Below are positions 39,658-52,080 of a stretch of 64,000 nt of DNA, piece after piece (the first letter of the stretch is position 1; each line of letters starts with the position of its first letter). Where the stretch lies: positions 1,736,001 through 1,800,000 of the forward strand of contig CM074814.1 in NCBI GenBank assembly GCA_037447605.1, read 5' to 3'. The stretch comes from Zygnema circumcarinatum SAG 698-1b (Eukaryota; Plantae; Zygnematophyceae). The notes beneath the pieces are model-generated. The model was not told the origin of the DNA and did not search any database. It was given only the letters and a program-made list of their open reading frames with translations. The translations under genes and the position numbers were made by a program.

Positions 39658-42261
39658 ATGGCGGCCATGGCGGGCTGCTCCGCGGCTGTCGCCTGGGGAG
39701 GGCCGTGCAGAGAGGGGCTCCTTCAAGTGAGCACAGCCTCGTCGCCTCCCACAGGGGCGGCTGCTTCCAATAGGTCTTCTCTATGCGTGCGAACTGCTCG
39801 CTATGGGTTTGTGCTCGCTGCTACTCCAAAGTATGTGCCCAGGAACGTTTGCTATCGGATATCGGCATCGCAAGGTTCTGGTTTGTTTCTTCCCTCTCCA
39901 GTGCCGTTGAGGGCCATGCTTGTGAAAATGCTGTTGTTCCTCCAAGCATGCATGCAGCCGTAGGAAAGGTCAGTGTGTCTGTATTGAGCGGCTTTTAGGT
40001 TTGTAGAGCCAGTGAAGAATGTGAAGGGTAAGAAATTATGAGGCAGAAGTAACCCATTAATTACCAAGAAATTTTTAAGTAAAATAAATGCACCTAAGCG
40101 AGTAAGGCTGTTTATTTTGAATTTTATTATTTTTGGCATATATGCTCTGGAGCAGAGGCCGGCCAGAGCGCAGTGAGTGTTGTCAGCCCCGGCAATCCCA
40201 GCAGTCTGTCTTCTTTGTTTCAAGGAGTTGAAGTCCTGAGTACAACTGGTGAGCGGCTGCCTGTGCTCGACCTCTGGCGAGAGCGAAGGGTTGTAGTAGC
40301 TTGGGCGCGCCATTTCGGGTAAGATGCTTTAATACCAGGGTTCAAAATGCAAAGCATAGCACTCTATGCGCCTCTTGTTATGTGGGCATAGTTCCTAGAA
40401 GGACTTAAAATGTACATCAAGTACGTACTCACTCTTCACTGTCGATGAGGTTTTATATGTTGAATGGCCAAAGTAACAACTTCAAATTGTGTGTTTTGGG
40501 AGATCCAGTCCATTTCCACAAAGTAGTCATTTTTGAAAATGAGTTGTGCAGCATGTATTCAACTTTTGGGCCCATCAAGCACGTGCTGGATTTTAGAATA
40601 ATTTTAATGATACTGACTTGATCTCAGTTTCATTGTAAGCTCCTAAAGTAACCAGTCAATGTCCAACCCCCACTTCTATACATGCTACAAGTCTAAGTTT
40701 AGGACACATTTGCCTGAGGGACTTGCTTGTTCATGAGTAATATAACGTTTTTCGTGTAGGATGACGTTCCTTTGACTAAAATAGCTGTTGTTATGTCGTT
40801 TTGCCATCCTCCAGTTGCCTTCTGTGCAAGAAGAGGGCAGTACAACTCCTCCAAAAAAAGGTGTATTTTCTAACTGATGCTCTTGTTGAAGCCAAGACGA
40901 TGGAGCGAAGGCCTTCGCACAATAGATTAGGATACATTTTATGAGAAATCAAAATCTTGAGCACTTTGCACTAAAGGGAGAAGGCAGATTACAAGAGTTC
41001 AATATTTGTTCTGGAGCACTGGATTTTGAAGACAACAGCTTTCAAATGAGTTTATGCGACTGTACACAGTCCTGCTGCAGGATGATTTGGAAAGGGCAGG
41101 GGTAGCCCTTATCATTATTGGGCCTGGGAGTCCGGAGCAGGTGTGTTCGCTTCTCCCCGTCCTTTTCACCTGATTGATTGATCTGCATACTTTTGGCTGG
41201 CAGACCAGCATTTGGAGCTGTTAGGCGCAACCAGGGCAAGTAGCATGTAGAGGTTATTGGAGCATGCTCTAATTTCAAGCTATTTCCAAAACATCACAAT
41301 GATTCTGAAGGGAGAATAGGGCCGGCTGATCTGTGGTTGTTGCACAGGCCGAGTCCTTCAAATATCAGACCAGTTTCCCAGGAGGTGAGGAGCTCCCTGT
41401 CAGAAAAAGGGAAACTAATGGCAATCTGTTGGATAGGTCGAACCCTCCATGTTATCCTGGTGAACTAGCTCGTTTAGTTGACACTTAACTGCGACAGTTA
41501 TAGGGCTGCCTCTTGGAGTATTCTGAGCAGGGAAGGAAGAGGGTCTGCAGAGGTATATGCTGATCCGACCTTTGCAACTTTCAAGCAGCTCGGCTTCGTG
41601 TCCGGTTCAGGCTCCGTCTTCACGCCAAAGGTAAGGATTCCCGAATAGTCCAGAAAACCTGACTTTCAAAGGCCACCACTACGGCATGTTGTGATAAGAA
41701 ACCGCCTGAAAATACCCCTCCAGAATGAGCTGTCCTTTTCTATAGAATGCTAATAACTAAGAGCTAGCGGGCCCGGCTGCAGGCTTTGGTCAATCTCATA
41801 GGCGCTTCTTTGGAGGGTTTCCGGCAAGACTGGGGGCTGTCCCTGCAGCGCGACACCGTGTTTAAGGGGGCGTGGTGGGCATCCCCCCCCTCTCATCCGC
41901 CAGGCAGAACGTGCCAAGCTGCCACCGTTCAGTTGACGCATTAGGATCTCATGGAAATCGGGACTTCTCTCCTGTGCAGGCAGCAGGGCGGCGTCATGGT
42001 GGCAGGGCCCGGCACAGACCGTCTGCATTTCCTCTTCAAGGTTGGTCTATTGCTTTCGTTGTCTAGGTTTTCGCATTTTCATTAGGCATGTCTGTTTGCT
42101 TTTTTGTTGAGTTGCGAAAGCGTCTGAAAGAATGAGAGGACTCCGTTGGAGAAATGCTGCAAAATTGACGTTGTCTGATGGTGCTTCATTTGCTGCAGGA
42201 TGCGGAGGCGGGGGATGAGCCTGACTGGGAGGAGGTGACGGCTGCAGCGCTGCAGGACTGA
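39658..42261 (+). CDS. AAED1: AhpC/TSA-like redoxin, AAED1/PRXL2C type, probably chloroplast-targeted, multi-exon
   Basis: LDLWRERRVVVAWARHFG|CLLCKKRA, VALIIIGPGSPEQ, EVYADP..FKQLGFVSG, QDWGLS, QQGGVMVAGPG, DAEAGDEPDWEEV*. Confidence 0.85.
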
Positions 42262-42576
42262 GTATGGCTGCCTGTGTGTCCGTTGCACATCACGGAGGCT
42301 GTAATTCAATCTTGAAGATCGGCCTTCAAACAACTAAGTGTATAGTAGGCTTTGCAAACAATTCATTGTATAAAAAAATTATTGTTAAAATTCACGGTGG
42401 AATCCCGCTGTTTTGTATAAAATTGAAAAGGAGCTGTCCAGCAGGCAGGAAGAAACTTCGTTCAACTCCTCGAATCGAAATTAGCTACAAACGTTCAAAT
42501 CTCATTCCGCCACTTGAATTAGTCGAAAAATGGTTATCCAATTGCGGCACAGAGTACGGCCTGCAATAACCATTTG

Positions 42577-42668
42577 CTGCGCCAATCCCGCTCTCCAAAA
42601 GGTTTCACTGTGGGCCCACCGCCTGCGCCAATCCCGCTCTCCAAAAGGTTTCACTGTGGGCCCACCGC
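42577..42668. repeat. Perfect 46-bp tandem duplication over the QTRT2 stop codon
   Basis: CTGCGCCAATCCCGCTCTCCAAAAGGTTTCACTGTGGGCCCACCGC twice (42577-42622, 42623-42668). Confidence 0.9.
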
Positions 42669-45600
42669 CTCCTCCTCTCCTCTCTGCCTCAGCTGTAAGA
42701 ACCAGCTCCTGTACTCCTCAAAGCGTCCCTCCACAATAGCCTCACGGATGTGCCGAAAGAATCCCAAATAGTGATGCGTGTTGTGGCTGCACGCCATGTA
42801 TACGTAAGGCATGTAAACTGTGCATGAGAGGCGTGAAGGAGAGAAAGGAGGGAGACAAACCGAAACATGGAGCAAAATGGAATGGGGGAGGTTCTATCGA
42901 AAAGCGCAAGCAGACATTTGGGAAGCAGGGTGTCTTGAACTAGAGACAATTGAATGAAAAAATTGAGGGGGACTACTTTTCTGGAGGGTTAGGTCCGTCC
43001 GGAATGCCAAATGTTGGCGATCTTGTTTCTGTTGTTTGGGACCGAGCTCTGAAACCACTCGGATTCAGTGAACCTATGTGAGATCCTTGAGGGGACAGAA
43101 AGGGGTCTCACTCACATATTGAGAAGAACTTCCGCCAGCATTTCATGGGTGTTCAGGAGATGATGAATGTATGCGCGCGTATGGGAGCGGCATGCGTAGC
43201 AGGTGCAGCCTTCCAGGAGGGGAGCCCGACTCAGCCTATCAAGAGGTTCATCAAATGGTGCCACATAGCCAAAAAGAAAATGAGATGATGCTGCTCTACA
43301 ACGGCGATTCGTATGCATAAGCGAAAGGAGCGGAGGGAATATCCTTCAAGCGGCAAAATACCAAAAAGAGGTGGAGGGGGAATGTGACAAGTTGAAGCGG
43401 TGAGTATACTTATAGGAGAGGGATCGAAGGTTTATCTTCATCGAATCAGAACCCTCCCAGGCATCTGCAGCTCTTTGAGCAGCTTCCTCCTTCTCCTCAT
43501 TCTGCTCTCTGAGCGGAAACACAAGGGCATATCCAGCCATTGTGAGGTGGTGCGGATACCTGTCTCCACAGTTAAGTTTCAACTTCAGGAAACAGGAGCA
43601 ATCATGCAGAAAGGACTCGTTCAGCAGTGCAACATGCAGTCCACAAAGGAGGATACGTGGAGTCAAAAAGGTCGAGGCCATGAGCGACACCTTGAAGCAC
43701 CTCCTCTGCAGTCACAACATTAGGGACAAGCCATAAACGTCAGAAAAAACATCAGTTCAGAGCGTAGATGTAAAACTGAACAGAAGGTCTTAGGCAATGT
43801 TCGGGAGCAAAACAATGACTGGAACGGATCAAAACAACTTTCTACTCAAACTGCCTTAATACAATTCTGACGTTGCGCATTCAATTAGGCAATGGAGAGT
43901 GAAAGGAAGCTATCAGAATTGGCAACCTTAAACGCTGTTATAGCAGGACAGGACTTTACCAGGCATGCCCAGGCCTCCTACATGGCGTACTTTTGATGCT
44001 GGTAACACCTCCTGCGTTCGACAGCAGCAAACACAAGCACAGCCAATCACTGACTATGGAATTAAGTGAGAAATACTAAACAGTAAAAGATACTGACCGA
44101 AGCAGAAACCGACTCAAATCTGCTGTGTGCGCTTCAGGCGTCTTCGCTGTGTTCCGCCTTTATAAATTTTCTGTGCACCGTTGTATGCAGTCCTGTCTTA
44201 ATGAAGGTTCGAACCAGATCTTGACTTATTCTTTAAATGATTAAGTCTCTCATGCATGAGTCTTTGTCAAAGAATACATTTGACCTATAAAGCACCCTTC
44301 TGAATTCACCCTTCTCACCCTACATAGTCCACTCTATTCACATGTCCCTCGAAGTTATGCAGCTAAAATTGTAAGCCGTTACAGCCTATCTGGTCCTATC
44401 TGGTCCTTCTGCTTACTGTTGTTCCATGCTCACAATGACCGCCTGAAGAAGAGAGGCACGCTCGTCCAGAGTTTCTCCCAAACCGAACCCCGCCAATTGG
44501 AAGCCTAAAAGCATAAACGCACCGTGCATCAGACAGTAAGGAACAGTCATTTACTCTCGTGCATTTGACAGGTCAGAGACTGGCAGATCATAAACTGAAA
44601 AGTTCCCGGAGAGTTCCGAATATACAAGGGATCAAGGGATCTACAAGGGATCTACACGTAATTCCGCCGAGAGTTCACGACCAGCAATGGCCGACAATGG
44701 CTGCAGAGACCTTCGTTGGCCTCGTCAACATCTCTCTTTATAAGAACCATTTTTTGACGCAATTGACTACACCATTCCAAACTTAACCTTCAGAAACTTA
44801 ACCGATGAGTTATGTGCCAACTTGCCCTTGCACGCAGTTTCTGGCCAGAGGGATACCTGCAACTGGTCTTTGCACTGTTTCAGTTGCAGAGAGCCGTCTC
44901 TCAGCCGCAGAGCTACCACCGACCACCACACCGAGCAAGTTTTTTGTGTGCACCTGATCACTTCAATGAGCACAAACATTCCAAAAACGTCCGACTGGCA
45001 TTACTCACACCAACCCGGCATGGTTTTTCTATCCTTTTTCCTACTCCTCACATCCTTTCAGCAGCTTGACTAGTGAAGCACGGGAAACCAATGGACTGTT
45101 GACTGTACATTACGGCACTCATTTACTGGACTACAGAACTCTTGAAAGGATTGGCGAGGCTTTTGAAGTAGATTCAAAGTAGTCAGAGTCCCACAACCCC
45201 GCATTTGCCTGAGAAGGCATATACCCCTATGATTAATTCGCATAAATTTGTAATAATCAAAGCATTCTCCTTGAAACTCTTCACACAGTGCGTGACAACA
45301 CAATGCAGGCTTACCGTTCTCAAGCTCAAACACTTATCCAGCCATTCTAATGTCCTGCTGACAGACAGTCGCGTTCTTTTCAATGATACGCTTGTCTCAA
45401 CCTCATCAGGCAGAGCAGCATATAGATCCGGTCGAAGCGCGTTCACCACCTCCATATACTTCTCACAGTTGATCTGAAAACAAAGGAGAAACATCACGCT
45501 GAAACTTACATCAGACCTCCACCCAATTTCCAATTCTTCAGGACACAAATGGAAAACGCCACCCTTAATATTCTCTCCTTAGCATGCACAATTTCATGAC

Positions 45601-46636
45601 ATAGAATAGAAGAGACACATACTTGGCGGCGGCCAGCAGGTGTATTGAAGCTTGGCCCGCCCTTATTTGTGGATGGCAAAGCTCCTTCAAATAGCAATGA
45701 GTCTCGTGCAGTCGCCACATGTACATAGTCGGGCATTGCCACGAATTGCGTAATTCCTCCACTGAACTCTGAGACTTGTTTGTATGATGGGCTCTCTAGG
45801 CTGCACGGACAACTCAGTCCCACGTCATAACTAACCTGACATGATCAAAAGGCACATGTTTTACAATTGCTTCATAACTTCCTGGAGACGTTCAATTATC
45901 TCATATATGATTTTGAGCGTTGGGAAGACGAGTTTCAAAGCGGGTAAGGATCTTGAGAGTTTTGAATGCGGTAAAAAATGACAATTGTTTAATCCATTTT
46001 TCTTTAGTTCACCGATTGCGAAGATAAGATTCATGGTGAACTGGCTTTGCACGTTGACATGGGCAAGTTCAAAAAACGGATGACAAGTGCATCTTTAATG
46101 CATAATTGTCTTGCCAAGCACAGTCTTTAGCTTTCCTCGTTGAAGTAAGACCTCTGTTGTCGAAAATGCATCTATTTGGCTCATTCGTTTCGAGAAGCCC
46201 ACTAAACACTCGCTGGCTATTCACTCATCACTGCCGCCCAAGCAGAGCAGAGAAAATTTCTAGAGAAATCGCTTCAATGAATTTGGACTGACGAATGGAA
46301 GAAGGGATGCGCTTCCTCTAAGTTTGCAATGGTCTCAATACGGCAACACGCGGTCTGAGCGTTGCAGAGTCACTCCGCAACGCTCAGACCTCACCCAAAA
46401 CGCCCTCCCCTTCGCCTTCATGTTCAGCTAAATACGCACAAGTGAAGCGTGCAGATTTGGAGAGCCATGGCCTCTTCCGGCACAAGCTTGTCAAGAACGT
46501 CCGGCGTGAGGTGAATAGGAAGGCCGCGGCGCGTGTACAGCAGAAGCGCGGGCGTGTTCAGGCTCTGAGAGCGCCACGGGAACGAGAGCACGCCGGCCCG
46601 CGCTGCGCCAGCTGTCGCCAGCAGGGAGAACTGCAT
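42651..46636 (-). CDS. QTRT2: Queuine tRNA-ribosyltransferase accessory subunit 2 (QTRT2/QTRTD1), multi-exon
   Basis: [112 protein letters not shown]. Confidence 0.9.
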
Positions 46637-46732
46637 GGCGGGGGCCGCCGCATCTGGCGGGGAAGCGGGAGAGGGAGGAGGGGGAGGAGCGGGAGGGACC
46701 TGCGCACAGAGAGACGCCAGAGCGCCTGCGCA

Positions 46733-46765
<33 letters not shown>

Positions 46766-46964
46766 GTGAGGCCCTGCTGCCCAGCGGAGGGAGGAGGGAG
46801 AGGGGGGGAGGGAGAAAGGGAGAGGGGTAGAGGTATAGGGCGAGGGGGATAACGGAAGAGTGAGGGAGAGAGAGAGAGCGATGGCGGCGAGAGGACTCAA
46901 GAGGCTATGTCCGTACATGTACGGTAATCAGACGATTATGGTAGGAAAATTCTAGGAAAATTCT

Positions 46965-47910
46965 AGGAAAACACCTTTTTTGTCTACACACAGTCCTTTT
47001 TTCGTCGGGCAGGTTCTATTTTAGAAAAAAAAAGGATTAACAACGAAAATGCTTTTTTCATTCCTTTCTGGAATCGATACAAACCTTTTTCCGTCGGGCA
47101 GATTTTACCCCTGATTTTGTTTTTGGAGAGGAAAAAATCGGCTTGCCCAAATCCGCTGGGAGCGGAAGATCCGTTTGCCACGAGATCGTTCACGGGTGTG
47201 CGTTCTTCGCACGTGCGGTGAATCTCCGCCGTCAACTAACTCGCAGATCGCACCACACCAGATCATCGTTCGATCTGCAGTTGGGCTCGATCCCAGCGAA
47301 TGGCACGGGCCCACGTGTCCCGCCAAATCCGGCTCAAAGTGGGTCCATACAAAAACTGTACGGTCGCAGTTTCGAGGCAAGGCGAAATACCGTACATTGA
47401 ATGCCTGGACCAATTATAATTTGCCACGTGATTAAGGGTACACGTGGCAGATGGTGATTGGCTGTTAGTTGGCGAGCCGCCGCAGGCTGGCCAGTCAAGC
47501 TCATATTTTGTGGAGATCTCGGGCCGAGGGACGCGCGCTCTAGCACGTGCCAGCCGGCTTTGGTGGGGCACGTGGGCACGTGCCATTCGCTGGGACAGAG
47601 CCCAACTGCAGATCGAACGGTGATCTGCCGTGTTGCGATCTGCGAGTTAGTCGACGGGGGAGATTCAATGCACGTGTGAAGGACGCACACCCGCGAACGA
47701 TTCTCGTGGCGGACGGATCTTCCGCTTCAGCGGATTCGGGCAAGCCGATATTTTTTTTCACTCCAAAAAAAAAAATCAGGGGTAAAATCTGCCCGACGGA
47801 AAAAGGAGTGTGAATAGACAAAAAAGGTGTTAAAAAAGCATTTTTCGATTTTCTAAAATATAACCTGCCCGGCGAAAAAAGGTCTGTGTGTAGACAAAAA
47901 AGGTGTGAGA
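46965..47910. mobile_element. Non-autonomous foldback/MITE-like element (~370-bp imperfect inverted arms, ~200-bp spacer)
   Basis: Left arm ACACCTTTTTTGTCTACACACAG...GATCTGCAGTTGGGCTC..GGCACG matches the reverse complement of ~47545-47910; a degenerate partial copy lies at ~48550-48700. Confidence 0.7.
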
Positions 47911-47989
47911 ATAGAATTTCACACCTTTTTTGTCTACACTATAGGTCCATATGTATCGAACGCGTATATAATGCGTGAGGGAAATGTCA

Positions 47990-48205
47990 TTGAACTCACG
48001 ATGGCGAGGCCATCAAAGGGACATGGACAAAAGCATGATGTGGAACCACGAGGGACTGGTCGTCAAGGACCGAAACACAATAAAACGAAGCTAAGCGCGG
48101 AAAACTACGCCTAGGCACAACAACGCAGCCCTCCCTAGAAGCAGCCGCGAAGGTCACCGATGTGAGGCACGTCGCGAGGAGGGAGCGCCGGAAGTCCACC
48201 AGCTT
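47990..48205 (+). repeat. Left copy of a ~215-bp dispersed inverted repeat (TIR-like)
   Basis: ATTGAACTCACGATGGCGAGGCCATCAAA..CATGGACAAAAGC..GTGGAACCACGAGGGACTGG..ACGCCTAGGCACA..GGAAGTCCACCA matches the reverse complement of 54525-54753. Confidence 0.75.
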
Positions 48206-49147
48206 CCTTCAATGGATTCAAAATTGTACGGTCGTACGTCTAGAGTTCTGGCCTTTTGGGTCCGGGCTTTTGGAAACAAAGCCGGCGCCACGTGGCATGT
48301 GACGTGTACCTACCATTCAAACATTATTGAAAACATGTTCAAATTGTGCTTCAAATTGTTGTGCTTTCTCCTTCGCTTTGTCACCGAACCACAGTCCAGC
48401 CAACAAACAAGCTTAGAGGGCTTGTGGGGCGTGTTTATGTGAAATAAAAAATGGAGAATGATACGCCCCCCCGTTTTTTTATATCCCGATATTTTTTTGC
48501 GAGAAAAAAATATCGCAAAAAATTATCGGCCTGCCTGAATCTGCTAAGTAGGACACGTGGCAGGCGGTGATTGGATTTCAGTTTTCCGCAGGCTGGCCGG
48601 TCCAGCTCATAGTTTTGCGGAGATCTCGGGCCGAGGGACGCTCGCAGTCGCACGTGCGAGCCTGACGGATCTTCCGCTCCAAGCGGATTCGGGCAGACCC
48701 AAACATATTTTTGTCTTTCAAAAGAAATTCAGGGGGGGGGGGGTTACTATTCTCCTAAAAAATGTGGTGTTTCATGACATCGGTGGTGGTGATGTTGTTG
48801 TTGTTGTTGCGCAAGTTATTGTTCATGAAGTTGTTGTTGTGCCGATTGCTGGAAATGTCGGTGGAAATGTCGGTCTCCTCATCCAACCTAAACATGTCGG
48901 CGCTAGCTGCAACTGTCGGTGGCCGCCCCAGGTCTCACCGCCAGAGAGGACGATACCAGAGATGCGCCAGGCGGTCTCACACGTGCGCGCGGCAGGCGTC
49001 GAGCTGTGGAGGTGGCTCCACGTGGCAGCGCGCCGTCCGTCCACGCCAGAGGAGCCAGCCGCAATCCTTATCGGCGGCTGGCGGAGGGGAGAGGAGGGGT
49101 CGCGCCCCCTCGCAGATCGCGGCGGGTGGGCCGTGACGGGGCTGAGG

Positions 49148-49365
49148 GGAGGGGAGGAGATCTGGGGTTGGGAGGGGAGGAGATCTGGGGTTGGGAGGGG
49201 AGGAGATCTGGGGTTGGGAGGGGAGGAGGAGATCTGGGGTTGGGAGGGGAGGAGATCTGGGGTTGGGAGGGGAGGAGATCTGGGGTTGGGAGGGGAGGAG
49301 ATCTGGGGTTGGGAGGGGAGGAGATCTGGGGTTGGGAGGGGAGGAGATCTGGGGTTGGGAGGGGA
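49148..49365 (+). repeat. 23-bp G-rich minisatellite, ~9 copies
   Basis: Unit GGGGAGGAGATCTGGGGTTGGGA in tandem; one copy has an extra GGA. Confidence 0.9.
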
Positions 49366-49857
49366 GAGGGAGAGGGAGAAGGGAGAGGGGACTGAGGGGA
49401 TGGAAGGGTAGGGGCGCGGGGCGGGCAGGGCAGGGCGCGGCATGGCATGGCATGAGGGCATGGATGGGGCCGCTCTGTGGGGGGCTGCGTGTGCGCCGAG
49501 GATGGCGGGAGTCAGGGGAGGGGGAGTGGAGGGGAGGGGAGGACTCAGGGGATGGGAGGAAGGGGAGAGGAGAGGGGACTCAGGGGAGGGGTGGACTAAG
49601 GGCGCGACACGGCATGGCATGGCATTGGGTTATGGGGGATGGGGTTATGGGGAGGGCGCTCTGCGGGTTCGTGCGTTTGCGCCGAGGATGGAGGAGTGCT
49701 CTCTCGAACTTTGCTTTTTCTATTTGCTTTTGGTCGTCGTCGTCGTGCTCGTGTTTACTTTTCTTTGCATTGGCACTTTTTCGGACCTTGTTGTGAAGAC
49801 GATGCTTGCGTGGAGGCGGTCAGCGTGTTAGAGCAGTGATGAGGATGAGAGATGAAG

Positions 49858-49930
49858 ATGAGTGTAGCTCCACTGGGAGAGCAGCGGTTCTGTTAACCGA
49901 AGGTTGAGGGTTCGAATCCCTCCACTCAAA
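49858..49930 (+). pseudogene. tRNA-Asn(GTT)-like relic or tRNA-derived SINE head
   Basis: Acceptor TGAGTG/CACTCA, D stem GCTC/GAGC, T arm GAGGG-TTCGAAT-CCCTC and CT-GTT-AA are present, but the anticodon stem is out of register for a 7-nt loop. Confidence 0.55.
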
Positions 49931-51060
49931 TCACGCCACCTCTGTCATTGCCATACATCTTTGATCTTGTTGGTGCATGCGTGCATGCAGGATGGGTCAG
50001 GTGATGTCATTTTCCGGCTAGAAAGTCCATGGTTATGCAACACCATTTTGCGCTTTGCCATGATCTGTCGGCTTTGTGGGGCGGATGAGTGTGCTTGCAA
50101 TCTTGGGTATGTTCATCTACTTTGTTTCTTTTCTTCTTTCTTTCTTTCTTGCTTGAAACATTTATAGTCATGTTAAAAGGACTCAGCGGTTGCCGTTGTG
50201 TGCACTGTAGTGCATGGTTGCGTGCTGCGTTCCATGGGACTTCATAGAACCGCCGGCTAGTGATGCGGTTAGACTTGTATGGGATCGATGTCGCTCGCAC
50301 GCTGTGCCATGCCATGCTGAGGCAGAGAAACTTAGGCGACGCGTGTGGGCCATTCGATTGTAGGATGCATAGTGTCGCAGGTCGCACAAAGGGGTGTTAC
50401 GTGGCGTTTGCGTGGCGATGCCACATCAGTACCACAACGGTGAGGCGATTCGTTGCGCCAATTAGGTAGAAATCGTACTTTGCAACCTCTTTTTTTTGCC
50501 CCTTTCCATGCGCTAAAATCTGTTGAACCAAAAGGTTTAGCGGAACGTTACACATGACACTAATATTTCACAATCAAAATTTCACTTTATTTTTTAAAGT
50601 AGATTTAATTTCCAAAATTTTCATTTTTATTGCCTCTAGTAGAGTTCTAGCTAAAAATTTGTTATGTCATGCAATAATTGGTGGTTTTGGCCCTTAAGAA
50701 AAAAATTGCTTGGAATTTTTTTTGTCTTTCTTGGACATTTTTTAACTGATTGTAATAAAATTTGATTTCTAGTTATTGGTTGGTTTTTTAGCATCCTCAA
50801 TATGATAGTAATTCTTGAATTGTTGGTGGGTGTATTTAGAGTATTTTGTCGTGTGTTAAAGTTTTTGCCGTGTTTGCTGATGTGGTGTTGTTGTGGACTT
50901 GGTAACGACTAAAGCGTGTTGCCATTGGTGGAGAGTGATGGAAGCGTGTCTCTATTGGTGGAGAGTGATGCGGGCCTCTAAAGGTGAGAAGGTACTTGTT
51001 GCTACTTTTGTTTTTCATTTTCTTTCTTTTTTTTCAACCCTAGGCAAGAGAGGATACTCA

Positions 51061-52080
51061 ATGAAAAGGAAAGCAGAAGGAAGTAGGGAAGAAGGGAGAC
51101 AAATGGAGAAGAAAACAAAAGTTGAAAAAGTTGAAGAGAAAGAGCCACAAAGAACAATACGTAAGTATTTAGGAGTACGAAAGTGGAAACATTGCTGGTC
51201 TGCAGGAATTAGGGTTCCAGCAGGGTTTGGGACAGAGGGCTGGTCTTCGGGACATAAGGTTCCAGCAGAGTTTTGTAAAGACGGGGAGAAAGGAAAGCGC
51301 CTTTGGCTTGGATCGTATGACAGTGCAGAAAAGGCAGCTCATGCATATGATGTGGCTGCCCGAGCTATAAAAGGATCGCTTGTTTGGACAAATTTTCCAG
51401 AGGAAGGAGTTTCTGTGGTGTATAAGGGCAGAGGAGGAGCAGTGTTGAGTGAGGGTGTCGACAATGCAAGATATAGAGACGAATTTAAGGCTTTGTTAAA
51501 TTCTTGCAAGAAGAGGCGAAGACGGAGTTCGCATAGAAAGGCCGGTGGAAGCAAGGTAGAGGTAGAGAAGGTAGAGATTCAGGTACTCGGTGAAAATTTT
51601 GACGAGCTAAAGAAGCTGGAGAAGGTGAATGTTAAGGTGGAGAAGGTAGAGATTAAAGTGCTTGGTGAAAGTTTTGACAAGCTAAAGAAGCTAAAGGAAG
51701 TGAAGGTTGAGGTGGTGAAGGAGAGGGGGAGGGAGAGGGAGAGTGTACAGGATACGAGTGAGAAATCGGTGTGTTTGGAATACGGCGTCTCGAGCTTGTC
51801 AGAGTGGGAGCATCGCCAAAGCTTGTCTGAGGAGGGACCCCTCTGGGAACTTTCGAGCAGTGAAGATTTTGGGGAACTGATGCGATGTGAGATGTCAAGC
51901 GATCCTTTCCGCAAGCTTCCGGAGGTGGATGAGAGCTGCCTCGGATTCATGACGGAAATCGACGACATTCTGCACCTCGACGGCTGGGGTGAAGACTTTT
52001 GGGATACTTCATCGAAATTCCCTGAGTTAAAGATTTTTAAATCCACTTTTGTGAGCTTAAGTTTCCTGTTCAACTTATGA
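51061..52080 (+). CDS. Intronless AP2/ERF-domain protein with a divergent, internally duplicated AP2 domain (ORF open from 50893; likely ATG at 51061)
   Basis: KYLGVRKWKHCWSAGIRVP...KRLWLGSYDSAEKAAHAYDVAARAIKGSLVWTNFP; basic RRRR stretch; acidic C-terminus. Confidence 0.8.
   Translation: MKRKAEGSREEGRQMEKKTKVEKVEEKEPQRTIRKYLGVRKWKHCWSAGIRVPAGFGTEGWSSGHKVPAEFCKDGEKGKRLWLGSYDSAEKAAHAYDVAARAIKGSLVWTNFPEEGVSVVYKGRGGAVLSEGVDNARYRDEFKALLNSCKKRRRRSSHRKAGGSKVEVEKVEIQVLGENFDELKKLEKVNVKVEKVEIKVLGESFDKLKKLKEVKVEVVKERGRERESVQDTSEKSVCLEYGVSSLSEWEHRQSLSEEGPLWELSSSEDFGELMRCEMSSDPFRKLPEVDESCLGFMTEIDDILHLDGWGEDFWDTSSKFPELKIFKSTFVSLSFLFNL

Noticed and set aside
47105-47821. Mirror-image ORFs of 85-118 aa
   Set aside because: They arise from the GC-rich arms of the foldback element; no transposase motifs
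49148-49365. CRISPR-like array
   Set aside because: Tandem units have no unique spacers, and the context is eukaryotic
48557-49831. Several long ORFs (158-284 aa)
   Set aside because: They result from the stop-free G-rich minisatellite and GA-rich tracts, and are open in many frames
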